DNA of 64,000 nt from Planctomycetota bacterium (GTDB lineage Bacteria; Planctomycetota; GCA-002687715; CAIWVZ01). This document shows, piece by piece, positions 1 to 8,749 of this stretch. The stretch is from positions 640,001 to 704,000 of the forward strand of contig JBGANV010000002.1 in NCBI GenBank assembly GCA_044222185.1, given 5' to 3'. A program made the translations under genes and the position numbers. The notes under the pieces are model-generated. The model ran no database searches, had not been told where the DNA came from, and saw nothing but the letters and a program-made list of their open reading frames with translations. Each line of letters starts with the position of its first letter. Within the stretch, counting starts at the first letter, position 1.

Positions 1-706
1 CGTCGTCAGCCGTGAGGACGTCGCCGTTGCCGATCATCGGCAAGCGCGTCCAACGACGGACCTGTGTCAGGAACTCCCACCGCGCCGCGTGCGTGTAGGC
101 GTCCGCCCGCGTGCGCGCGTGGACCGTCAGCGCCGCGGCGCCACCCTGCTCGACGGCATCGACGATGTCGCGCAGCCTCGACGTGTCCGTGGTGCCCAGC
201 CGGATCTTCGCGGTCACAGGCACGGCGACCGCTTCGACGGCGGCGCGGATCAACGCGGTCATGCGCACAGGGTGATCGAGCAATGCAGAACCGGCGCACT
301 TCTTGAACACGACCGGGGCGGGGCATCCGAAGTTCAGATCGATCATGGGCGCGCCGGCGGCGACTGCGTTGACGGCGGTCGCGGCGACGAGCGTGGGATC
401 CGAGCCCATGAGCTGCACGCCCACGGGTGGGTCGAGGCGTGGCGGACCAAGCTCCTTGGCGATCACCAGAGCACGGAGCACGTTGTTCGAAACGCGGATG
501 AACTCGGTCCAGGCCGCACCGACGCCGCCGAGCCCGATCACCAGATCGCGAAACGTCCGGTGCGTCACGCCTTCCATGGGCGCGAGCACGAAGCGCGATG
601 CGTAGGCGACCTTCCGTCCGTGGAGCACGATCCCGCCCGCCGGCAGCGTCGAAGGCGGCGGCAGGTCGGTCGCGGGCCCGGCGGGAGTCTTGGTTTCGGA
701 GGACAT
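1..706 (-). CDS. tRNA-dihydrouridine synthase (Dus family), 3' end runs off the window
   Basis: Manual translation from ATG at 706 (not in ORF track) gives FVLAPMEGVT, IDLNFGCPAP, PVTAKIRLG, LTVHART, IGNGDV, all Dus family motifs. Confidence 0.92.
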   Translation of the reverse strand, partial: MSSETKTPAGPATDLPPPSTLPAGGIVLHGRKVAYASRFVLAPMEGVTHRTFRDLVIGLGGVGAAWTEFIRVSNNVLRALVIAKELGPPRLDPPVGVQLMGSDPTLVAATAVNAVAAGAPMIDLNFGCPAPVVFKKCAGSALLDHPVRMTALIRAAVEAVAVPVTAKIRLGTTDTSRLRDIVDAVEQGGAAALTVHARTRADAYTHAARWEFLTQVRRWTRLPMIGNGDVLTADD

Positions 707-750
707 GGGGCGGACGATGCGAGGGCCGGAATCTAACCGCGGAGCCACAC

Positions 751-1062
751 GTGACCGATCTCTCGAGCCTCGCCCAAGCCGTCGCGCGCGCCATCCTGCC
801 CAACACGGATCCGGAGGAGTTTCACCCGCACGAAGACTGGCACGACCTCGGCATGCTCGTCGAGGTGCTCGAAACCCAGGGTCTGTACCTCATGGTGAAC
901 TCGGCGACGAAGGCGGGGGCCGTCCGCCGGATCGCCTCGTTCCACCGCGACACGGGCTGGGGTTACCCCTGCATCGGAAGCTCCGAGTGGGGGTACTTCG
1001 CCAAGCTGGGCGAGGCCGTGCTGCGCGCGGCCCACGAAGCCCTGCTCAAGCCCCGAGCCTGA
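751..1062 (+). CDS. small hypothetical protein (103 aa), possibly DUF2591/phage ABA-sandwich-like
   Basis: GGAG RBS before GTG at 751; protein-like composition; FHPHEDWHDLGMLVE and terminal EAVLRAA loosely recall that family. Confidence 0.6.
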   Translation: MTDLSSLAQAVARAILPNTDPEEFHPHEDWHDLGMLVEVLETQGLYLMVNSATKAGAVRRIASFHRDTGWGYPCIGSSEWGYFAKLGEAVLRAAHEALLKPRA

Positions 1063-1096
1063 GCTACCATCGACGCTCATTCGAGGAGCCGCATCG

Positions 1097-2188
1097 ATGA
1101 CCGATCGCAACGAGGCCTACACCCAATCGGGAGTGGACGTGAACGCCGCCGGCGTGGCGCTGGCGCGGCTCGCGAAGCACGTCAACCCCACTTTGAAGCT
1201 CCGCGACGGTCGCGTCGGTCGCCCGATCCGCGGCCTGGGCTACTACGCCAACGTCCTCGACCTCGGAAACAACCTGGGGCTTGCGGTGTCCACCGACGGT
1301 GTGGGGACGAAGCTCCTCATCGCCGAGATGATGAACAAGTACGACACGGTCGGCATCGACTGCGTCGCGATGAACGTGAACGACGTCATCTGCGTGGGTG
1401 CCGAGCCGATCGCCATGTTGGATTACGTGGCCGTTGGCAAGTGCGACCCGGACGTGTTCGAGCAGGTCGGTCGCGGTCTGGCCGTCGCGTGCGAGCGCAG
1501 CCGCATCACGATTCCCGGTGGCGAAACCGCCATGGTGCGGGACATGCTCAAGGGGCACGGTGCCACGGAAGGGTTCGACCTCGTGGGGACCGCGGTCGGA
1601 GTGGTCCCGCTCGACCGGGCGCTCTTCGGGCAGGACATTCGCGGCGGCGACGTCGTCATCGGCGTCTCGTCGTCGGGCTTGCATTCGAACGGGTACAGCC
1701 TGGCCCGGCGCGTGCTGCTCTCGGAGGGGCGCACGCCGACGACCTTCGAATCGTCCTTCAAGCGCACGATCGGCGAGGAGATGCTCGAGCCGACGGCGTT
1801 GTACGTCACCCTGGCCGTCGAGTTGTTCGAGAGGAAGCTGCCGGTCCACGCCGTGTGCCACATCACGGGCGACGGGTACATGAACCTCGCGCGCGTCGAA
1901 GCGAAGGTCGGGTTCGTGCTCGACAACTTCCCCGAATGGCCCGCCGTGTTCCAGTTCATCGCCGACCGCGGTCGCATCTCGCCGGCGGAGATGTACACCG
2001 TCTTCAACATGGGCATCGGGCTGTGCGTCATCCTTCCCGAGGCGCACGCCGACGACGTCATCGCCACGTCGAAACGGCACGGGTTCGCCGCGCGACGACT
2101 CGGTTACGTCGATGCCGCACGTCCGGGCGAAGTGCGCATCCCCCAATGGAAGCTCGTCGGTCGCGGCAAGGAACTCTGGCAGGAGTAG
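1097..2188 (+). CDS. purM: phosphoribosylformylglycinamidine cyclo-ligase (AIR synthase)
   Basis: YTQSGVD, STDGVGTK, DCVAMNVND, GGETA, SSGLHSNGYSLAR, HITGDG, FNMGIG; GAGGAG RBS. Confidence 0.97.
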   Translation: MTDRNEAYTQSGVDVNAAGVALARLAKHVNPTLKLRDGRVGRPIRGLGYYANVLDLGNNLGLAVSTDGVGTKLLIAEMMNKYDTVGIDCVAMNVNDVICVGAEPIAMLDYVAVGKCDPDVFEQVGRGLAVACERSRITIPGGETAMVRDMLKGHGATEGFDLVGTAVGVVPLDRALFGQDIRGGDVVIGVSSSGLHSNGYSLARRVLLSEGRTPTTFESSFKRTIGEEMLEPTALYVTLAVELFERKLPVHAVCHITGDGYMNLARVEAKVGFVLDNFPEWPAVFQFIADRGRISPAEMYTVFNMGIGLCVILPEAHADDVIATSKRHGFAARRLGYVDAARPGEVRIPQWKLVGRGKELWQE

Positions 2189-2191
2189 ACG

Positions 2192-2589
2192 CCGACCCCG
2201 TGCGCGAACCGGAGCGCCGGGGTTCCCCCGGCCGGACGGCGAGGCCTCCGGACTCGCCAGGAACGCGGACGTACCTCGATCCGCTTTCACGGAAGAAGCC
2301 GCGACGCCGCCAGGCAAGTCACGCCGGAATGCATGCCGCGGTTGAAGCCCGAACCAGCCCGCCGTCCGTGAATGCAGGCCGCCTTTCGTCCCGACCGCGT
2401 GCGCGAATCGGAGCGCCGGGGTTCCCCCGGCCGGACGGCGAGGCCTCCGGACTCGCCACGAACGCGGACGTACCTCGATCCGCTTTCACGGAAGAAGCCG
2501 CGACGCCGCCAGGCAAGTCACGCCGGAATGCATGCCGCGGATGAACCCCGAACCAGCCCGCCGTCCGTGAATGCAGAACGCCTGCCGTC
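2192..2589. repeat. two-copy 199-bp tandem direct repeat (2192-2390, 2391-2589)
   Basis: Long identical blocks at a 199-nt offset (e.g. GGAGCGCCGGGGTTCCCCCGGCCGGACGGCGAGGCCTCCGGACTCGCCA; GAACGCGGACGTACCTCGATCCGCTTTCACGGAAGAAGCCGCGACGCCGCCAGGCAAGTCACGCCGGAATGCATGCCGCGG), with scattered substitutions. Confidence 0.95.
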
Positions 2590-2605
2590 CCGGAAGTGAG
2601 GCGAC

Positions 2606-3163
2606 TCAGCGCGCGGCGACGAGCATGTCGGCCGCGAGTTTGGTCGACGCCTTCTCGTCCTTCAGAAGCCTCACGAGCGTCAGCGCGAATTCGAGGGCCG
2701 TTCCGGGCCCGCGGCTCGTGACGACCTTGCCGTCGACGACCACGCGGTCCGTGGCGAGCCGGGCGCCCTTGAGCTCATCCTCGAAGCCCGGGTAGGAGGT
2801 CATGCTCTTGCCCGCGTGCACGCCGGCCTTCGCCAGTGCGATCGGCGCGGCGCAGATCGCCGCCGTGAATGCGCCGCGCTCCGCACACGACTTGATGAGT
2901 TTCTGTACGCGGGCGTCGTCGCGAAGATTCGTCGCGCCGGGGATGCCACCCGGAAGGACGATCATCTTCACCGACGCGGCGTCCACCTCATCGATCATGC
3001 AGTCGGTTGTGAGCGTGATCTCGTGAGCCCCCGTCACCGGCCCGGCCTTCAAGCCGACGGCCGCGACGTCCTGCCCCGCGCGCCGCAGCACGTCGATGAT
3101 CGTCACGGCCTCGATCTCCTCGAACCCATCGGCAAGCGGAACGACGACTGCGATCTTTCTCAT
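2606..3163 (-). CDS. yajL: DJ-1/PfpI family protein (YajL/ThiJ-like)
   Basis: GFEEIEAVTIIDVLRRAG, LPGG, AAICAAP catalytic Cys, TSRGPGTA. Confidence 0.92.
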   Translation of the reverse strand: MRKIAVVVPLADGFEEIEAVTIIDVLRRAGQDVAAVGLKAGPVTGAHEITLTTDCMIDEVDAASVKMIVLPGGIPGATNLRDDARVQKLIKSCAERGAFTAAICAAPIALAKAGVHAGKSMTSYPGFEDELKGARLATDRVVVDGKVVTSRGPGTALEFALTLVRLLKDEKASTKLAADMLVAAR

Positions 3164-3208
3164 GGCACGCCTCGCTTCGGCGGCGTTCTCCGCCGGATGA
3201 CGGGCATG

Positions 3209-4120
3209 CTACGTGGCGGCGTTCGGGCGGCGAAACCAGACGAGGATGATCACGAGAGTCAAGGACAGGGCGAGCCAGCCCACGACGCCGTCGTAGTAGA
3301 CCTCGCCTCCGAAGAAGAGGCGATTCGGCCGCACGACCTCCCGGACGCTGTCCACGAAGATTCGATCGACCTGGCTGACCCAGTACCACCCCGCGTGGAC
3401 GCCCATGGCGAGCCAGACGTGGCCAAGTCGCAGGAAGAGCACCGTGAGGATCATTCCGACGAGAAAGAGCCCCAGCAGGTCCGGCCACTCCCGAAAGGCG
3501 TCCCCCAGGCCGGCGAAGAGTTCGCCCACGGCTTCGAGCCCCAAGGTCGCGGGCGATTGCGGAGGTGACCAGCGCTGCGGTGACCGAAGCAGGTGCGTCA
3601 GGGCGTAGATGCAGGTCCCGAGAATCGCTCCGCCTCTCACCGGCAGGACGCGGGTGAGGTCCCCGATCATGAGTCCGCGGAAGAGGACTTCCTCCATGAG
3701 CGCGAGTCCGAAACCGGCGGCGAAGTACTTCGCCATCGTCCAGGCGGCGGACCCGAGGGACGCATCGAAGATCACGGTGCGCGCGCCGCAGGCGAGAAGC
3801 CCGAGGTTGAGCGCGATGAGTGGCACCACGCCCACGACGAACCCGCGCAGGTACCAGACCGCTGGTCGGTCGACCGGGCGGAGTCCGCACGCGCGCCACA
3901 GCGGGTGTCGCCTCCGCGCCCCGAGCCAGGCGTAGGCGCCGAGGAACGTGATGATGAGGACGTTCTTGGCGACTCGAGCGATGCGCCGTCCCTCGGTGAA
4001 AGACGCCTGTTGCGAGGCCGCGGCGTCGGGCCTCACCCGGGTGATCAGGGGCGTCGCGATCGACGCAACTGCCGCGGCCAGAAGGGCCGAGAGAACGAAC
4101 GTCCGCAGCCAGATCAGCAC
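3209..4120 (-). CDS. CPBP (CAAX/Abi) family intramembrane metalloprotease
   Basis: Multiple hydrophobic segments; EEVLFRG, YALTH and HAGW motifs; start uncertain. Confidence 0.85.
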   Translation of the reverse strand: MLIWLRTFVLSALLAAAVASIATPLITRVRPDAAASQQASFTEGRRIARVAKNVLIITFLGAYAWLGARRRHPLWRACGLRPVDRPAVWYLRGFVVGVVPLIALNLGLLACGARTVIFDASLGSAAWTMAKYFAAGFGLALMEEVLFRGLMIGDLTRVLPVRGGAILGTCIYALTHLLRSPQRWSPPQSPATLGLEAVGELFAGLGDAFREWPDLLGLFLVGMILTVLFLRLGHVWLAMGVHAGWYWVSQVDRIFVDSVREVVRPNRLFFGGEVYYDGVVGWLALSLTLVIILVWFRRPNAAT

Positions 4121-4454
4121 GTCGGTCCCGGGCGTAAGGTGCAGGCATTCATGGCTATAGGACGAGTAGGGTGAGCGGCGTCCGACCCCTGGAGACGACC
4201 GAGCGAGTCCAGGTCACGGGGTCAGACAGCGGGGTAGACTCCGCTGTGGTGTCCCAGCCGACAAGGCAAGAAACCTGAGCCCGACGCCCAAAACTCCCTT
4301 TGGCGTTCTCGCAGAAAGATGACAAACTCGCGCCCTGACGTGACAGCCGTTGGGTGCGAACCGAGTCGGCGGTTCCGCATCAACCGTCAGGTTCGAAGTC
4401 GAAGCGTTTTCCCCACATCCAAAGCGTCGCTACAGCGACCTCAGGTGTCCAATC

Positions 4455-5648
4455 ATGAAGCATGTCCGTCTTGCGGTCGTGCTCGCTTGCACGACCATCT
4501 CCCTGTTCGCGCAGCAGCCGAATACTTTCTTCGCCAGCCTCACGATCAACGGGATCGACGGTCCTCCGTTCCCGATCACCCAGAACGTGCGGCGCAGCAC
4601 CACGGCCCAGTTCGTCTTCGCCGGTGCGCCGACGTTGACCGGAAACGGGCAGTACTTCGCGCTCTTCGCGTCGGGTACGGGCAACCTCGCGACGGGTACC
4701 GCCGTCTTCGCGGGTGATCACCTCGACATCCCGCTCACGCCGGCCCCGATCACGATCCTCGACGCCGCCCTGAACCCGGCGTTCCACACGGACCCGAACT
4801 CGGGCACGTTCCAGTTCCCCGTGTTCGTCCCCCAATCGATCGCTCTGAACTACCACGCGGCGTTCCAGGGCGTGATCACGGACCCGTCCTCGTCGGCGGG
4901 TTTCAGCCTCACGGCTGCGACGGGAATCACGATCGTCACCGGCCCGACCGTCACGCAGCACGTCCTGGGCGACTCCGGCAACGCGACGATCTCCCTCCCC
5001 ACGGGAATGACCATCCCCTTCTACGGCAACGCCTATTCGACGATCTACCTGGACGCCGACGGCTACCTGTCGTTCGGGACGAACCCGGGCAACGACTTCA
5101 CGCCGACAGAGGGTGAGTTCCACGCCGGCCCGCCGCGCATCGCCATGTTCTGGACGGACATGGAGCAGGGCACGGGGACGATCACGACGACGGTCGACAA
5201 CAACCCGGGCGTTGGGCTCATCCCGTTCGTTCGCGTCGACTTCGTGAACACGACGGACTGGACGATCCCGTCGGTGTTGCACTCCTTCGACTGCACCGTC
5301 GACACCAGCGGCGCCATCGTCCTGCACTATCCGCCGTCTCATCTCGCGAGCCAGTACGACCAGATCACGGGCATCACGCCCGGCAACAGCTTGCCAGTCG
5401 CCGGCACGAATCCGCCTACGCCGGACACGATGAAGAACCTCTCGAACCTCGTCTCGCCCAACTCCTACCTCGGAGCGGTGAACGAGGGCTACTACGAGTG
5501 GTTCGGCATCGCGGCGAACAACCAGTACTGGACGCCAAACCCGCCGGTCCCGGATCGCCCGTTCGACCTGTACACGAAGTACCTGAACTGGATCCCGCAG
5601 GGCATCGGCAACCTGCCTCAGTCGACGAACCGCTACGCCCTCTACTGA
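4455..5648 (+). CDS. secreted protein with NIDO-like domain, paralog 1 (397 aa)
   Basis: Signal peptide MKHVRLAVVLACTTISLFA then QQPN; IPFYGNAYSTIYLDADGYLSFG...IAMFWTD resembles the nidogen NIDO motif; start chosen by alignment with paralog 2. Confidence 0.8.
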   Translation: MKHVRLAVVLACTTISLFAQQPNTFFASLTINGIDGPPFPITQNVRRSTTAQFVFAGAPTLTGNGQYFALFASGTGNLATGTAVFAGDHLDIPLTPAPITILDAALNPAFHTDPNSGTFQFPVFVPQSIALNYHAAFQGVITDPSSSAGFSLTAATGITIVTGPTVTQHVLGDSGNATISLPTGMTIPFYGNAYSTIYLDADGYLSFGTNPGNDFTPTEGEFHAGPPRIAMFWTDMEQGTGTITTTVDNNPGVGLIPFVRVDFVNTTDWTIPSVLHSFDCTVDTSGAIVLHYPPSHLASQYDQITGITPGNSLPVAGTNPPTPDTMKNLSNLVSPNSYLGAVNEGYYEWFGIAANNQYWTPNPPVPDRPFDLYTKYLNWIPQGIGNLPQSTNRYALY

Positions 5649-5978
5649 GCGCAGCGTCGCGCGCCGTCGGACGGCAGGGCTTTGCCCTGCCTGTCCGCGC
5701 GCTTCGCCTCTCCTTGAGGCCCGATCGCTCTCGCTTCGGCGCGTGAATTCTTGCGCCGCGCCGGCTCGCCTGCCGCCCACGAAGCCCTGCTGCAGACGGC
5801 GTCTCAATCGTCCAAAGTACCTTTGGCATTCTCCGAAAAAGATGCGAGACTCCGCGGCGGTCCCGTCAACCGCAAGGTGTGCGTCGAGTCGGCGATTCGG
5901 CAGTCCGCGACGACCCCAACCTCGAAGCGTCTTCCACGGTCTCAACCCGGTCGCGCTCGCGACCATTGGTGTCCAGCC

Positions 5979-7175
5979 ATGAAGCATGTCCGATTTGCAG
6001 CCGTGCTGGCATGCACGACGATCTCCTTGATCGCGCAGCAGCCGAACTCGTTCTTCAGCGGGCTCACGATCAACAACATCGACGGGCCTCCATTCCCGAT
6101 CTCACAGAACGTCCGCCGCAGCACGACGGCGCAGTTCCTCATCAACGGCGCCACGAGCCTCACGGCGACCGGTCAGTACTTCTCGCTCTACGCGTCTGCC
6201 ACCGGCAACCTCTCCGTCGGTGCCGGGCTGTACGCGGGCGACCACGTGGACATTCCGCTCACGCCCGCCCCGGTCACCGTCATCAACTCGACGGTGAATC
6301 CCGCGTTCCACACGGACCCGCAGTCGGGCACGTTCCAGTTCAGCGTCTTCGTTCCGCAGTCGATCGCGCTGAATTTCCACGCTGCCTACCAGGCTGCGAT
6401 CACCGATCCGACCTCGCCAGCGGGCTACAGCCTGACGGCTGCCACCGGCGTGACGATCGTCGCGGGGCCGACCGTCACGCAGCAACCGCTTGGCGATTCC
6501 GGCAGCGCGGCGATCACGCTCCCGTCCGGCATGACGATCCCGTTCTATGGGAGCGCCTACTCGACGATCTACATCGATGCCGATGGATACCTGAGTTTCG
6601 GCAGCAACCCAGGGAACGACTACACGCCGACGGAAGGCGAGATGCACGCGGGCCCACCGCGCATCGCGATGTTCTGGACCGATCTCGATCAAGCCGCGAG
6701 CGGGACGATCACCACGACCGTCGACAACAACCCAGGCATCGGAATCGCACCGTTCGTGAAGGCGACCTACGTCAACGTCGGTGAGGCCTACGGCGTCCCA
6801 CTCATCCACAACTTCGAGTGCACGGTCGACAACACCGGGATCATCACCCTCTACTACCCGCCCGCGCAGCTCGCGAGCGCCTACGACCAGATCACGGGCA
6901 TCACGCCGGGCAACAGCCTGCCGGTCGCCGGTTCGAACCCGCCGACCCCGGACGCGATGAAGAACCTGTCCAACCTCCTGACCCCGAACTCCTACCTCGG
7001 AGCGGTGAACGAGGGCTACTACGAGTGGTTCGGCATCGCGGCCAACAACCAGTACTGGACTCCGTACCCTCCGATCCCGGACCGGCCGTTCGACCTGTTC
7101 ACGCGCTACCTCAACTGGATTCCGCAGGGCGTGGGCAACCTGCCTCAGTCGACGAACCGTTACGCGCTGTACTGA
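5979..7175 (+). CDS. secreted protein with NIDO-like domain, paralog 2 (398 aa)
   Basis: Colinear and highly similar to 4455-5648; same MKHVR start and STNRYALY end. Confidence 0.8.
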   Translation: MKHVRFAAVLACTTISLIAQQPNSFFSGLTINNIDGPPFPISQNVRRSTTAQFLINGATSLTATGQYFSLYASATGNLSVGAGLYAGDHVDIPLTPAPVTVINSTVNPAFHTDPQSGTFQFSVFVPQSIALNFHAAYQAAITDPTSPAGYSLTAATGVTIVAGPTVTQQPLGDSGSAAITLPSGMTIPFYGSAYSTIYIDADGYLSFGSNPGNDYTPTEGEMHAGPPRIAMFWTDLDQAASGTITTTVDNNPGIGIAPFVKATYVNVGEAYGVPLIHNFECTVDNTGIITLYYPPAQLASAYDQITGITPGNSLPVAGSNPPTPDAMKNLSNLLTPNSYLGAVNEGYYEWFGIAANNQYWTPYPPIPDRPFDLFTRYLNWIPQGVGNLPQSTNRYALY

Positions 7176-7223
7176 TCCGGGAGCGTTTCGAGGGCCTGCC
7201 ACGGAGGGCCCGACATCCTGAGC

Positions 7224-7262
7224 ACGGCGGACCGGGGAAACCTGGCCCGCCGTTTTCATTTC
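7224..7262 (+). terminator. probable intrinsic terminator
   Basis: ACGGCGGACCGGG-GAAA-CCTGGCCCGCCGT hairpin (one mismatch) running into TTTTCATTT, downstream of paralog 2. Confidence 0.65.
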
Positions 7263-7503
7263 ATCGGGCAGCTCCCGAAGGTCCGGCCCCGTGCGGTCTG
7301 GGGCTCATCCTCACTTGACCTGGATCTGTGAAAACGCTTAGATCTTGCCGTGCGCACCGTGGATGAATGCCTTCGCTGCGGTGCACGAAACGAAGCGTTC
7401 CGTCGACGAGCCATCCGGCTCGCGCAAGTGATCACGGTGGGTTGCTCTCACTTGACGAGTGGAGCACGAGCGGGCGCGCCGCGGTCAGGTGGAGAAACGT
7501 GTC

Positions 7504-8694
7504 ATGAGACCGATTCGTGAGCTTCTCGTTTTGACAGTGCTCGCGTCCCTCGCGCTGGCGCAGCAGCCCAATACGTCCTTTTCCTCGATGACGATCAACG
7601 GCATCGACGGCTCACCGTTCCCGATCCAGCAGAACGTGCGCCGGAACACGACCGCCGCGTTCACGATCCACGGGTATGGCGCGTCGGGGTCGTACCCGCT
7701 CGGCCAGCCATTCATGCTCGTGCAGTCTGCAAACGGCCAGCTCTCGCCTGGCTCTGCGACCTACTTCGGGGACCAGTTCGACCTGCCGCTCACACCGGCC
7801 CCGGTGATCATCGCCGACTCGCGGACGAACCCGGCCTTCCACACGGACCCGTCATCGGGCGCCTTCACGTTCAACGTGTTCGTCCCCGGCACGACTGCGC
7901 TCAACACGAGTGCCGCGTTCCAGGCCGCGATCGCGGATCCGACGTCTCCCCTCGGTTTCAGCCTTACGGCGGCGACCCGAGTGACGATCGTGGCCGGACC
8001 GACGATCGTCAACCTGCAGACTGGGATCGGGACCTACGGCGACAGCCAGATCACGAGCGTGAATCTCGCGTCGTCCTCCATGAGCCTGCCGTTCTACGGC
8101 ACCAACTACACGACCGTTCACATCTCGGGCGATGGCTACATGACCTTCGGTGGGGGCCCGTCGCCGGACTTCACGCCGACCGACATCGAGATGCGAGCGG
8201 GGCCGCCGCGCCTCGCGGCGTTTTGGGTCGACCTCGACCAGGGAGTCGGTGAGACCGTTCGCTACACCCTCGACAACAACCCGGGGCCGGGGCAGAACGG
8301 CTTCCTGCTCGTCGAGTTCATCGGTGTCTCCGATGCCGGTGGCGTGAACTACACGCACACGTTTTCGTGGTTCATGGACACGTCCGGGTTCATCGACATC
8401 TATTACTCGCCAGCGAACTCGGCGAGCACCTACGACACGCTTTGCGGGATCGGACCAGGCAACAGCTTGAGCTCGCACGGCATGAAGGATCTCTCGTCCC
8501 TCCTTCAGCCGAACTCGCTGCTCGGTGCGAACAACGAGAGCTTCTTCGAGTGGTTCGGCCTCACGACGATGCCGTACTACACGCCGACGCCGCTCGTGAA
8601 CCGGCCCTACGACCTGTTCACGCGGCATCTCAACTTCCTTCCGCAGGGAACCGGCACGACCACGCAGTCGACGAGCCGCTACGCGATCTACTGA
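7504..8694 (+). CDS. secreted protein with NIDO-like domain, paralog 3 (396 aa)
   Basis: GGAG RBS; signal peptide ...SLALA then QQPN; LPFYGTNYTTVHISGDGYMTFG, LAAFWVDL; ends STSRYAIY. Confidence 0.8.
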   Translation: MRPIRELLVLTVLASLALAQQPNTSFSSMTINGIDGSPFPIQQNVRRNTTAAFTIHGYGASGSYPLGQPFMLVQSANGQLSPGSATYFGDQFDLPLTPAPVIIADSRTNPAFHTDPSSGAFTFNVFVPGTTALNTSAAFQAAIADPTSPLGFSLTAATRVTIVAGPTIVNLQTGIGTYGDSQITSVNLASSSMSLPFYGTNYTTVHISGDGYMTFGGGPSPDFTPTDIEMRAGPPRLAAFWVDLDQGVGETVRYTLDNNPGPGQNGFLLVEFIGVSDAGGVNYTHTFSWFMDTSGFIDIYYSPANSASTYDTLCGIGPGNSLSSHGMKDLSSLLQPNSLLGANNESFFEWFGLTTMPYYTPTPLVNRPYDLFTRHLNFLPQGTGTTTQSTSRYAIY

Positions 8695-8749
8695 AGCCCA
8701 CGCGTGAACCCCATCGCGGGGTCGCACCGCGATGGGGCCGATCTGCCCG

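Noticed and set aside
6-806. 266-aa minus-strand ORF in the track
   Set aside because: Arg-rich off-frame shadow; the real Dus gene is in another minus frame starting at 706
2192-2589. Possible CRISPR array or coding repeat
   Set aside because: Only two 199-nt units, no short repeat/unique spacer pattern, no cas genes; ORFs across it are low-complexity
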